Below are positions 12,211 to 24,054 of a stretch of DNA of 64,000 nucleotides, one piece after another (position 1 is the stretch's first letter; the number at the start of each line of letters is the position of its first letter). This DNA is from Takakia lepidozioides. Taxonomy: Eukaryota > Plantae > Bryophyta. The notes beneath the pieces were generated by a model. It ran no database searches. It had not been told where the DNA came from and worked only from the letters and a program-made list of their open reading frames with translations. The DNA lies in the NCBI GenBank assembly GCA_030704615.1, contig CM060731.1:81282001-81346000 (forward strand). Direction: 5' to 3'. The translations under genes were made by a program, and so were the position numbers.

Positions 12211-15200
12211 ATGCAAAGTGTGGCGGATGAGGTCCCTCAGGGTCAGGGGAAGGAGACCATAGTTGATGTTGACGATGAGTTTTATGAAAGCAAAGCCGCT
12301 GAGATGCTGGGGGTCAAAAGGTGAACTCTCAGCTTGTGGTGCAAAGTATGCTTGCTCCTGGTGGGAGGTTGAAGATTCCCCTGTGTAGGTTGGTTTCCAT
12401 GCCCGTCGTTCGTCCACCCCTTGTCAAAGACATTCTCAAGCTGGAGGCCGAGTTTGTTCATGGGTATTTGGATGGATCCGCAGTCTTTTACGTTTCTACT
12501 AGGGATTCTAGAGGTAACGAGCTCCTTGTGGATGAGTCAATCGTCGACTCCTGGGACCCCATTTGGAGACAGGTGAACGAATCCTTCGAACTTCTTCTCT
12601 CCAGGAAACCTTCCACCCAGGTATTCTCAGGGAAGATGTTTCACGTTTGGGATGGCAACCACCGGTTGCTTGCATGGATGGCTGTCATTGGGAGGCTGCA
12701 CTCACAGGAGGAAGAGTGGCATTACTCTGTTCGATCGATGGTGCTTGATTGTGACGACAACATGATGGGTCTTCTGACGGCAATGAATGATGTGAACAGG
12801 TTGGTTTCTCATTGTACATGTTGCACTTCTGGTTCCGTTCTTCCTTGATTCAAGTCCTTGAATTACATTCTGAAATTCAGATATCATTCTGCAGAGGGAC
12901 GGAGACATCGCATGTCAAAACGAGTCTGGTTCACACACTGTATAGGATACAAAGGATCGGGCAGATGCCCTTGACCAACTTCAAGACCATCCTTTCGGCA
13001 GAGATGTATAAGAAATGCGAAAGCTCCAAGACTTCGGAAACATGGTACTCGTTGACCCGTGAGGCTTTCATGGAGTACATGTACACGGTGAGATACATCT
13101 TCCTTCATCTGGCCTTTCCATATTCCTGCTTCCACATGTTTGTTTCTGTCTGTCTCCCTTGACCTTGGATTGATGCAACTCTCTTGCATTCCCTTGCAGC
13201 AAGACATTGCAGATGCAGGGGAGCGTGGCAAACTGGAATACTACAGCTCTACCCCTGAGGAGAGAAGGACAGCAAAGGGGGTTGAAAGTCACATCCAGAA
13301 GGAGATGAACGCTACAAGAAGGACAATAATGAGTGCTTTTGTGAAGCAGTTGAGAATGGCCGACCCATCATTCGGGCCGCAGTTTCTCCTGGAGATAAAA
13401 AAACCATTATAACAAGCCAGGCAAGCCGGAGATGGCCCAGGAGAAGTTGCACAGGTTGTCTACCGCCGTCGTGTCTTCTGAACAGAAGGTGAAGTGGCTA
13501 CAGATATGGAACTCCGATCCCACAGTTAGGGATACCCACATGTTCCCAAGGCCAGAGAAAGAGAAGAAGACCCAGCGTGTCGTTCCTGTCAGTGACAATG
13601 TGCTGGACACCTGGCTTCACAAGGCCACTTACTGGAGCCAGGTGTGATGTCCTCTCGTATCTCACTTTCTTTTCTCTTTTCCTGTCCTTCTCTTCCCATT
13701 GCCTCTTACATTCGCTGTGACTGTTTTTGGGTTCATTCTTCCATTTCAATTGTTTTGCAGTTGGAAGAAAGGGCCCGATCGGTTCTGCATACTCAGCTGG
13801 CTGACTATGGCATCACTATGACAGCTCCGAAGGTCTCCTTCGAAGCTTACATGAGGAAATGGAGAGCCACAGTGTGGCACTCTGGTTTCTTTAGAGAGTT
13901 CAGCAAGGAGGGTGGCATCAGTCGAACAAATGAGCTTGACCAGCAGGAAAAAGGAGAGGAAGCCTGGAAACGATGCCTTTACAGGTGCACACCCTTGCAC
14001 TCTTTACTTGTGTTGTGGTTGCAATGTGTTGTGTGGCATACTGTTTAAGGGGGTCTTCCTGGTGTGTTGAAAAAGCTGGGACACAATATGTGCATTGGAA
14101 AATGAGGTTGTGTCTGTTCCTGCAGGTACATTAAGTTTGTTCTCTTGGAAGAGAATTGCTTGGACAAACATCCAGATTTCGTGGACCTTTGGCTTGTCCC
14201 TGCTGGCAACCAGACCATGTTCACTGCTGGGATCTTGCATGACTGGGGCCCAGACCATCTTTCTTCTTGTGGTTGGTATTTGGATTGCCCTCCTTCAGAG
14301 ACCCCAGCTGTAGAGTTGTCTTTGAGGAGAGAGAATGACCGTATTGCAGCCACTGCCGCAGCAGCGGACCTCGACATTCATGAGCGTAATCTGAGGACTC
14401 TTGCAGAGAAGGAGCCTCCCGCTCAGGATACCCCGGGTAGAGGAAGAAAGGCAAAGGGAAAAGATGTTGCTGGTGTTGTGGGGAAGGGAAGGGGTAGAGG
14501 GAAGGTGGCACAAGGGCAGGGAAGTGTTGCAGCTATTGGCCCTGTGGAGCATGTCCAGCAGACTCCACCGCATGGTAGGGGATCCGGGAGAAAAAACAAG
14601 GGGGTGGTTGATCCCAAGGACCCGTACCATGCAGTGGAACATCCCACGAGGGTCATTCGTCCAACCAGGTTGGAGATTGCCAACGTCGGGTTCCTTGCCA
14701 TGATGGAGTCGAAGAAATCTGATTACAAGGGCGAGCCATCACCAGTGTGGGAGAGGATTGTCGAGTTCCTCAGCACGGTGCGTGTTCTCTTTGGGTTCTG
14801 TGGCTTCTGCTCTCTTTGTCTGCTGTGGGCATGGATCGTTTATAAACTTGTCAGAATTCCATTGTATTTTTGTTTGCAGGCTAAAATGACCAAATCGTGG
14901 GTGAACGGGAAGGAGAAGCCATATGCAGCTGAACTCATCATCTTGGACATCCCTGATGGGTTGGCAGTCCCGGATATCCCTCCATCGGGTGCTTGTCCGG
15001 GTTGGAATGCATTTGATGAGCGCTACTGGCGGTGGGTTTTTTCCTTTTGCAACTTCTTCCTTTCCGATGCAGGTGTTTTGGTTCTCATCCAGTCCATCGA
15101 TGTTCGGTGTCTCCGTGCCCTTGCCAGCTATTTGAAAGCCTCGGGCATGAGAGTCGTGAAGACATGGAATTGTGTGAACAGCATGTACCTTACGAAGGGG

Positions 15201-16324
15201 GATCGTCCGGGAGAGATGGTGAGTTTCCCTTCTTCTTCCTCTTCTTTTTTGTTCTGGGATTGTGTTGTATAGGTCGCTCGAACTCATATGTAGGGGCCCG
15301 ATTTTATTTTGGTTCTTAGTTCCTTGTGGATGTCATGTTCGCAGACTCGTCTGTTTGAAGCTGTTTGTCTCGTCCGGGTGCATCCACCAACGACTCCGGC
15401 CGGCATTACGGAGTTTGCCATCACTCACGGGGGCAAGTTCATAGATGACAGGATAGATCCTCCCACGGATGACATGCATCACAACTACGTCGACAGCAAC
15501 GTGTGCTTGCGAAGGGGGAATGGGGTTCCTTGGAGAGGGGCGAGGGAGAGGAGCCCGGCTTTCATTCAAACGATTGTGGAGTGCTGCACCTACACAGACG
15601 CCAGAGTTCTGGATTTGTCGATGGGCACAGGTTCGTCTCTTCAACATTCACATTTCATGAGGTTTGATTGAGCTTGCACTTTCAGCACTTTCCACCGTTC
15701 CGAATGTGTCTTCAATGTCTGCTTACTTCATTCTATTCCACTGCAGGTGCTTCGTACCACGCTTGCAAGGCCAGTGCGCGACATGTCTTTGGGATTGAAG
15801 AGGATGCTGAGATTTACAAGAACCTCCTGATGGGTTTGGGTGGACACACTTCTCAGGTCCTTCCGAAGCCCCGTCCCGCTGATACTGGTACAGAGGAGAC
15901 TTCTGACAAGGAGCTGGACTCCGACTTTGCCTGTGAGTAAGTTGAACCTGTGCATGCTTGCATTGTTGTTTCAATATCGAGAATTGCTGTTCTTGAGGCA
16001 AAGTGCACATGGGAGACATCCTCTTCGTTGGACTTGTGCATTGCATCATTGTGTTAAAAATGGGATTTTGTGGACATGTGTAGGAGTCCGCGTGCTTCCA
16101 CTTGCCCTCCTGGGCTATCACACCTATTTGGACTTGTTTTCAGTCCTCCTCGGTCTTGTGTGCTACCTGTCTATGCGGAGGCACTCGCAGCAAGCATGTC
16201 CGTTCATGGCACTCAGAGTCCACCTTGCGATGGCCTTCGTAGAACACGTGGTGTTGGGGCCAGAATCTTTGTAGATGACATAGCACAGGAGGTGGACACT
16301 GATTGTGATGACTGCGACACTTGA
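12211..16324 (+). pseudogene. multi-exon gene: N-terminal ParB/Srx-like domain + C-terminal N6A/N4C DNA methyltransferase-like domain (contains a frameshift and stops)
   Basis: FHVWDGNHRLLAW (ParB-like DGxHR). ELIILDIPDG (degenerate DPPY-type motif IV). RERSPAFIQTIVECCT...VLDLSMGTG|ASYHACKASARHVFGIEED (beta-class motif X/I/II). GT-AG introns at about 12800-12894, 13088-13199, 13643-13760, 14778-14879, 15219-15344, 15631-15746 and 15933-16143. Confidence 0.72.
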
Positions 16325-17839
16325 TATGAAGTATTCTTTTGGTTTAATTCTGGGACAAATTTGAAATGGGATGGTTGTGTGTCCTTATTGTCCTCTTTGC
16401 AATGTGTGCGTGGAATTCACATTCATGGTTCCAAACTATTGTTGGAGATGGGGGTTGCATGGACTGCCCGGATTGTTCCTTCAATATATTTGTTGTTTTG
16501 TGGACCTCACAGACTTGAGTACATTGCAAAAACAAACAAACCACTTTGGTTCGTTTACATCATTCTCGTATCATTTGCTAGTACGTCCCCAAACCATTCC
16601 TGCTAGAAGAATGGTTGGTGAATCCATCACGGTGAAGTCCACCTCATCAAAGACTGTTCAGGCATTCTCAATTCTCCCCACATCAACCCGCGGAAATAGG
16701 TGACACCACTCGGAAATAGGTGACATCCGCGGAAATAGGCACTGTTTGCATGCTGACGTGGCGTGAGCCTGTGCTGGGCTCACGCTTTCCTGGGCTCACA
16801 GGCTCACGCCTCCAGGCTCACGGAATAGCACCCCCCGCCACCACGCTACCTCCCTGCAGCTCCAACACATGGTTAGAATCCCAGTTCTTCACATACGCCG
16901 CCATCCTCCGAATTCAGATGAATACCAGCATACTGGCTCGCCCATTGCACATATTGCGTCTTCCACCGAAGATAGAATAATTATTGGTGAAGGTGAGTAT
17001 CAATCGTTTTCCCTGTCTCTTGGCTTCAGCTACCACAAAGCCGAGTGCATCCCTTCCATTTCACCATGTCTGCTATAGCGTGGAGCGAGAGCTTGAGCGT
17101 GGAGCTTGTAGAGCGGGAAAGCTTGAGCTGAGCAGATGAGGCATTTCCTCACTTCCTTGGTCATAACTGTCATATAATGAACACTCCATTGGTTGTGTTG
17201 AAGAAGCTTAATCCATGCAGCTTCAGAAGCACTCAGGTAGATAATCCGCAGGTTGTGTTGAATATTTTCAACACTGTAAGCGGGCTTTTCGCATCGTTAC
17301 TCTTCATCGATTCTTTCGAGATAACCCGTGGTGCGGAGCACGATGCTATGCCATGGTTGCCAGGGCTCCAATTCCCGTACACTCTTCACTGCTCCTCACC
17401 TTCTTTCTATAAATCGCTTCTCTGTCTATGTTGCTTTAACAAGGTCTGGATTTGTCACCATTGGACTGACCAAGTACAGCAAAGGCTGTAGAGCAATCTG
17501 CCTCTCGCGGTGCTCCTGTACAGTTGCAGTAATAGCGACGCACCGAGTGCCCAACTTGTAACAACTATTCAACCGCAAGCGTTTGTTCCCTTGTCACAAC
17601 CACACTCTTGCATGCATGCTGCATACAGTCTTCCACCTCCGGAGAAGAAGTCCAGGGACAGAGTTACGGTTGTCAGCAGCTACCAACAAACATAGTCTTC
17701 CTTACATTTGCGCATCATCCTGCTGCTCCACCAGCCTTGTCACAAACATAATCTACCATAATTTTCTTCTCTCACTTCTAAAACAAAAACCACAAGTGCT
17801 TAAAACTAAACTCACCTCTGGCACTCACAGATGCAAGCG

Positions 17840-18209
17840 TCATCTCTCTCGAGTGATAAACAAGCTACAAAGGACACACACTCCCAACACAAGAAATATG
17901 AAATTCATCGCTATCACTCATTGAAACAGAAGTCGAGCCAGGGGCACCCCAAGCTATGGGGACTCCACCCCACAACAAGCTGTACCCCTACATAAGCACA
18001 CTCAAACCTAAACACATGTAGGAGCTCGGTCGCGTAGGCTCAACTCGAGAGAGATGAGCTGCGCGACTGCCGCTCTCGTGAAGATAAGACGGTTCAGGTG
18101 TCAAACTAAACTTGACACCTGATTTAACACTTGACCTAAATCCAAGTGTTAAATACAAATAACTAGCTTTATTCTAGTTGTTTTCACACTGTGCTTATTT
18201 AACTTGACA
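17840..18209 (-). repeat. 5' terminal repeat segment B plus self-complementary primer-binding site of copy 1
   Basis: B = 17854-18209 (TGTCAAG...TTATCA on minus strand). 17840-17853 is the exact reverse complement of 18044-18057. Confidence 0.75.
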
Positions 18210-18320
18210 TCCATCTCCAAAGGAAATATCTCTTCGTGGGAATGTATCAATTGTATGTGATCTATTTTCCTTCTAAGTAGTAGGGAACAATCCCAAATGC
18301 AAGGTTCCCACATGTGAGTA

Positions 18321-20950
18321 TGTATAACTACACTCTCTTTGTTTCAACTATAGCACTTCTACATGTTCAGCCCAGTTTTCAATGGTGACAATTCTCTTCT
18401 CAAACAGATCTCATTCCAGAATTCCAAGGGTGTTCACTTGATTACATTCACCAGGAAATTCAACGCCAGTGTAAGATACTTCTCTGTTCACTATCACACT
18501 GACCCCAACAACACTAGACAGTGGGCCCCGCCAAGAGCCTTCACTGAGCTCTATTTACAGACATAATTCCACAAAGGTACATCACCAAGAGCCGCTCTAT
18601 TTGCATAAGCTATCCACAAAACTATGCAGAGTTCCGGGGTGCCACACCCGGACCTCCCAACCACCGCACCATGCATTTCTATTCCCTGCGTCCTCTCATC
18701 GTCATCATCTCACTTGATTCGCAGGTCCTCTTCTCAAGTCATCTGTACTTCTCCTTTAATTCAGACCTGCTCCATAAGCCTACGCTACAGCCATCTTTGC
18801 CATCGTCACGCACTGCCTCTTCTTCTTCACAAAATCCCTAACTTCTTGAAGTCACCAGGTTACCCAAATTCTCGTCACCTGCAGGTGTCTGTGAGGAGCT
18901 CCGAATTTTTAGCGATTGCATACTTCTCTGATGGACAGGTTCGTGGTTTCAGTCCGAGCTCCATAGGCACCTAACAAGCTCCCCCTCCCAAAGGCAGGTT
19001 GTTGTCCTCAATGACAGAAAATTAGGGGTAATTCAATGTTAGTTCATCCTCCTTCTCCCAAGTAGCCTCTGTCTCTGGGTAATGCAACCACTTAATCAAA
19101 TGTTCTTTCCAAGAACGGTTGCGCAGATGCTTCACTCACGTTTCTAGAATCTTTTCGGGTTCAGCCATCAGCTGACCATCGTTCATAGCTTAAGGCAATG
19201 TGGGCAAGATGTGCAATGGGTCTGACATATACTTCCGGAGAAGGCTGATATGGAAAGTTTTGTGAATCTTCCATGTTGGAGGCAGATCTAACTCATAGGC
19301 CACTATGTCATGGCGTTCTAGGATTTTGAATGGGCCACAAAACCTTGGTGACAACTTGTAACACTTGCCAAGTGTCAAATTACTTCTCTTAGGTGTGACC
19401 TTCAAGAACACCATATCACCAATAGCAAATTCACGAAAAGTCCTGTGCTTGTCAGCAAAGAACTTGGCCCGTTCCTGTGCAGCCTGCATACTACGCTTCA
19501 CCAGATCTAGGACAGAGTGCATGTCTCTGAATCTATCATTCACACTCTGCACATTTGATGGTGGTGCAATAAGTGAAGTAGGAGCTAAGCAATCTCGTCC
19601 ATATAAAGCTTTGAATGGACTCATGCCAATGGCACTGTGGAAATGCTTGTTATAGGCAAATTCCACTAAGTACAGAAACTGTTCCCAAGAGGATTGTCTC
19701 TCGCCAACGTACATTCTCAACATATCTTCTATTGTACGGTTGGTTCTTTCTGTCTGAGCATCTGTTTCTGGGTGAATTTCTGGGTGAAAGGTTGTACTCA
19801 GCCTCACCTTGGTTCCCAATTTCTTAAACAAGTCAGTCCAAAAATGACTCATAAACTTTGAATCCCCGTCACAAATAATCTCACAAGGCAGACCATGAAT
19901 CTTGAATATCTCTTTCATGTACAAGGATGCAACATCAGATGCCATAGCACTCATCCTTGTAGGTATCAAATGGGCTATCTTAGACAGCCTATCTACAACC
20001 ACCATGATACTGTCATGGCCATTTCTAGTCTTGGGCAATGCCACAATGAAATCCATGCTAATGGATTTCCAATTCCATCCAAGAACAGATAAATGTTGTA
20101 ATAATCCAGGAAGTATGACTCTTTCTGACTTCGAAACCTGACAAGGGAAACATTTTTGCACATACTCTTTGATTTTTTTCTTCATACCCGGCCAAAAGTA
20201 GTGTTTTCGTATTGACCAATAGGTTCTATGAAAGCCCGTGTGTCCTGAGATTGGAATATTATGATTGTCATGAATGATCCGCAATTTCAGGTCTGGGATC
20301 ATGGAAACACACAGCCGACCATTATAAAACAACACTTCATCTCTCAAGAGGTACGGCCGATATTTCTCCTTCTCAATGGAAGTCCTATGGTCACGAGTCA
20401 AACTCTTAAATGGTTCTTTGAAGAATCCATCAATTTCATACTGACCTTTAATGTCTTGGAATATAGTGCTATTGATGCATGAGACAACATTAGCTTGTAA
20501 TGGTCTCCTAGAAAGTGCATCAACAATCACGTTCTCTCTTCCCTTGACATACTTCAGGTCATAATGGAACTGTTGAAGCAGTTCTGACCACCAAATTTGT
20601 CTCTAGCTCAAATGAGGTTGCATGGTCAAGTACTTCAAACTCTGATGGTCGGTCTCTATTACAAAATCAACTGGAAGCAGATAATGCCTCCATATCTTTA
20701 AGGCATGAACTATTGCCAACAGTTCCTTCTCATGAGTTGGGTAATTCTTCTCTGCTGGACTGACCTTTCGAGATTCATATGCAATTACATGTCCATCTTC
20801 CATCAACACAGCCCCGATAGCAAGATCACTTGCATCCGTACATAGTACAATTGCTCCCTTGGTAGGGTCAAGCAATTTCAGTACATGAGCGTGCGTCAAA
20901 GCAAACTTCAATTTTTCAAAACTGATATCACATTCTCTTGTCCAGAGAAA
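18321..20950 (-). mobile_element. pol: 5'-truncated Ty3/gypsy chromovirus: RNase H, integrase, chromodomain, PPT, putative 3' LTR (18321-18976)
   Basis: TDASDLAIGAVL and ETDHQSL (RH). H..GH..C..C and SMDF, VVVDRLSK, GPF (INT). Chromo-like LIKWLHYPETEATWE. PPT GGGAGGGGGAG at ~18979-18990 before TGTTAGG. Confidence 0.85.
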
Positions 20951-20984
20951 AATTTATATATATTTTTTCGTCAAGGCAAAGCAA

Positions 20985-22870
20985 AAACGTGAAGGACAAG
21001 CCATCTCCTCCCCTAGACTTATGGCCAAGGAGGCCTCCATATTCTTCTCTTCTATTTTTGCAGCCCTTCCTCCCTCCGATCAGGAAATCCGTGACAGAAG
21101 CCAAGTGATTGGCTGTGTCCTTTCTAGAATTACCAGTGGTGAGGTTGCCATTCTGGATGCCTGGTTTACCCAGTTAGAGCTCACTAGAGCTTTGGAGCTC
21201 CTTGGGAAAGATAAAGCCTCGGGCCCTGATGGTCTGCCAGTTGAATTCTTCAGCTCTCTTTGGGAAACAATTAGTGACGACTTCTGCCTTATGGCTAATG
21301 ATATCGTGGATAAGGGAATCATGCCATCGCAGATACCGGAAGGCATTATTACTCTCATCTCTAAAAAGGGTGATAGGAGGTGTATCTCCAATTACCGGCC
21401 AGATCAGTTTTCTCTTGAATTCTTCTTACAAAATTCTTGCCAAGGCATTCGCCCTTCGTTTACAATCCCTGCTTCATTCTCTTATAAGGCCACAACAAAC
21501 TTGTTTTATTAAAGGCCGAATGATCTTGGACAACTTGGTTTTGGTGTACAAATCTCTCAGGGTGGCTGAAGACCCTAATCACCCTCTTGCCCTCCTCATG
21601 CTGGACTTCGAAAAAGCATTCAACAAAATCCACTTTCCAAATTCTTTCTAAGTTTGGGTTTGGTGATTCCTTCATTTCTTGGACTAAAATCCTCTTAACC
21701 TCGGCTTCCAGCAGGGTGATGGTTAATGGGGTGCTCTCAGAGGCATTTCCCCTTATGCGTTCGATTAGACAAGGCTGACCCTTGTTCCTTTTCTCTTTGT
21801 CATAGCTACTGACAGTCTTAGATACTTCTTGGACTCCAACCCCCTTATTAAAGGTATTCATCTTGGCCCTGCTGAAGACCTCAACACTTCTATGTACGTT
21901 GACGATTCACTTCTTTTTCTCCGTAATGATTCCTTGCCCCCCCATTCAGGTTGTTCTTGATGGTATTAAGGATTTATACTCTGCTTTGGGATACTTGGTG
22001 AACCAGGGTGAGACTGTAGCCCTTCGATCTCGGTTGAATCCTGCCTCCACCCCTCAGAACCAGTGTTGGGATGAAGAGATGGGAATTAGGTGGCTTCGAG
22101 ATGGTGAGGCTTACACTGCTGGGTCACCAGATTGGCACCTCCCTCACCACTCAACAACGCTTCCTTCGTGTGCTGGCTAGGCTAAAAGCCAAACTCAACT
22201 TTTAATGGAGCTCGGCCAGACTTTCAATTGTTGGATGTGCTCTCACTGCCAATCAAGTTCTTCTAGCTTCCACTTGGTTAATTATCGCCTCTGTAGTTTG
22301 GGATCTTGGCACTTCCCTCTGCAAAGAAATCAAGCAATTGATTAGAAAATACATCTGGGGGGCTTCCTCGGTGGGACAGAATCGCAGGGCTCTTCTGTCC
22401 TGGGATCAAATCTGCATGTCAAGCAAGAATCATGGCGGGCTAGGTATCTTGGACTTTGAATCCCAGGTGAATGCACTTCTTGCTAAATGGTTACCACGTG
22501 CCTTGCTTAATCCCCGAGCCCCTTGGTCTTGGCTCCTCAGTCAATGTGTCTCCCAATCCACCCCTTCCTCCTCTCCTCTCTGGGTTTCCTCCCTTCGCTG
22601 ACTGATGGAGGGCGGTAAGTCTGAATTCTAAGTCTGGTGGTGGCTCCGCTGCCTGGTTTGCCATTTGGAAGGCTCAAGGTACACGGTTCAAAGTTTTCTA
22701 ACCGAATCCTCCCCTGCCAATACAGATGAGGTTCTGAGGTAGCCCATCTTTGCTAATTTTCAATTCTGACAGTGAAATTCTCGTTCTTTGCTCTTCGACC
22801 CAATGGGCCCCTTGGGAAAAAGCGGGCATCTCTCCACCTTGCCAGAAAGGGAATCTATCACTCTGATCTT
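20985..22870 (+). mobile_element. degenerate L1/Tx1-like LINE ORF2 reverse-transcriptase fragment
   Basis: KASGPDG, NYRP, YKILAK, LDFEKAF, RQG*PL, YVDD and GGLGI spread across several frames. Confidence 0.9.
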
Positions 22871-24054
22871 GAACAAATTACCAGCCGGAATATGGACCAA
22901 GACCTGGAGATGTGAGAGTGTATCATGCACGAAGGCAAAACCAATTTTAAAGTAAGAAGTAGGAGATTCAGAAAACACAAAGACAACATGACCGGTGGTG
23001 GTATCCATACATCCCTAGCCTGGGCAAGCCCGCCGTCATGATTGAGAGCCACAAATTTGTGGTCTGGTCAAGAATAGAAGAGCCCGAGACACGAGCATTA
23101 CTACAATTTCAGCTTCAAACAATGAATATTATATTATTTTTGTTCTGACACATTCCATTAAAATAGTATTTTTAATGTTTTTTATTTCCAAAATTTGTAC
23201 TTCTGCTCATGAAAACCGATTGTCTTACTACTCCGCTCATGCCGCTCATGCTCATGAACTAGCTAACCTCAAAGAGTACCCAAGCTTAGAGGAATAAGCA
23301 AAGAAGGGCTCTTTGTCCTTAGAGTGCCACCACCACTCACCAGGACCAAAAGTTGGGTATCAATTTTTTATTCTGAAACCACTAGACCAGATTAACCTTG
23401 GGAAGCCATCCCCAGTGGCAGTAGTCTGAGGAGGCTCAAGGCCTTCTTCCTTCGGGACACTTTGCTTTTGGGAGCCGTGCTCATGATATTTCCTCTTCTG
23501 CTCATGGAAATTCCGAGCGACATCTGCAAAAATGGCGCTGAATTTCGCGGTAATAGGTTCCGCAACCGAAGAAAACTGCGACGTATTTTGCGGTAACAGG
23601 TGCCTCCGGCGAAAAATGGTGCCGAATTTCGGTAGATGGTGCCGGGGATTGCACAGATGTTGGGCAATTCTGGGCCATGTAACTGAAAATTCGGCGCCAT
23701 TTTTCCAGACATCGTTCCCGTACATGTTGGGACTTAGCCAGTTTTTGGCCCAAAATAGGGAAATTCGGCGCCATTTTTCCAGAATTAGCCCCCCACAACT
23801 GCTACTGTTGGAATTCTGTTTTCTGGAAGATCTGCAAATTTTTCCTGCCGCCATCTTATTATGGATTCTGTTTCGACATTGAATTGCCACTGGACATCAA
23901 CGGATATCCAGAAGTCCATAGTGTTTAAAAGAGATTACTTTAATATTGCCTCTCATTCCTAGAGTTTTGGGGTGCATTTCATTACACTGCAAAACAAAGT
24001 CTAATGCATAAAAATGCATTGCAAATATCCACATGGTGGATTCCCTTTGCCCCA

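Larger units (their letters stand above)
4938..16835. mobile_element. Mutator-like (MULE) DNA transposon, ~11.9 kb, two divergent genes around a tandem array
   Basis: Flanked by the direct repeat CGCCACCACGC (4927-4937, 16836-16846). Weak terminal inversion (gcta-nnn-CGTGAGCC at the same spacing from each end). Clustered CGTGAGC motifs at left and GCTCACG motifs at right. Internal MULE transposase. Confidence 0.85.
1..18209 (-). mobile_element. Ty3/gypsy-like retroelement of the DNMT-carrying family, copy 1 (5' part; continues beyond left edge; interrupted by MULE at 4938-16835)
   Basis: gag/protease at 1-2570 is homologous to 46620-49884 and 40921-42010. Leader 2600-3020 matches 42100-42480 and 49950-50340. 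Terminal segment 17854-18209 ends in TTGACA like the other copies. Beyond 18209 the sequence resumes a repeat also seen uninterrupted at ~30594. Confidence 0.8.

Noticed and set aside
12211-16324. Bacterial or phage contamination as the source of the ParB-MTase
   Set aside because: The gene has multiple GT-AG introns and lies inside a direct-repeat-bounded element nested in a plant retroelement.
23360-23890. 176-aa ORF and overlapping ORFs
   Set aside because: They arise from reiterated GGCGCCGAATT motifs, and no domain was recognised.
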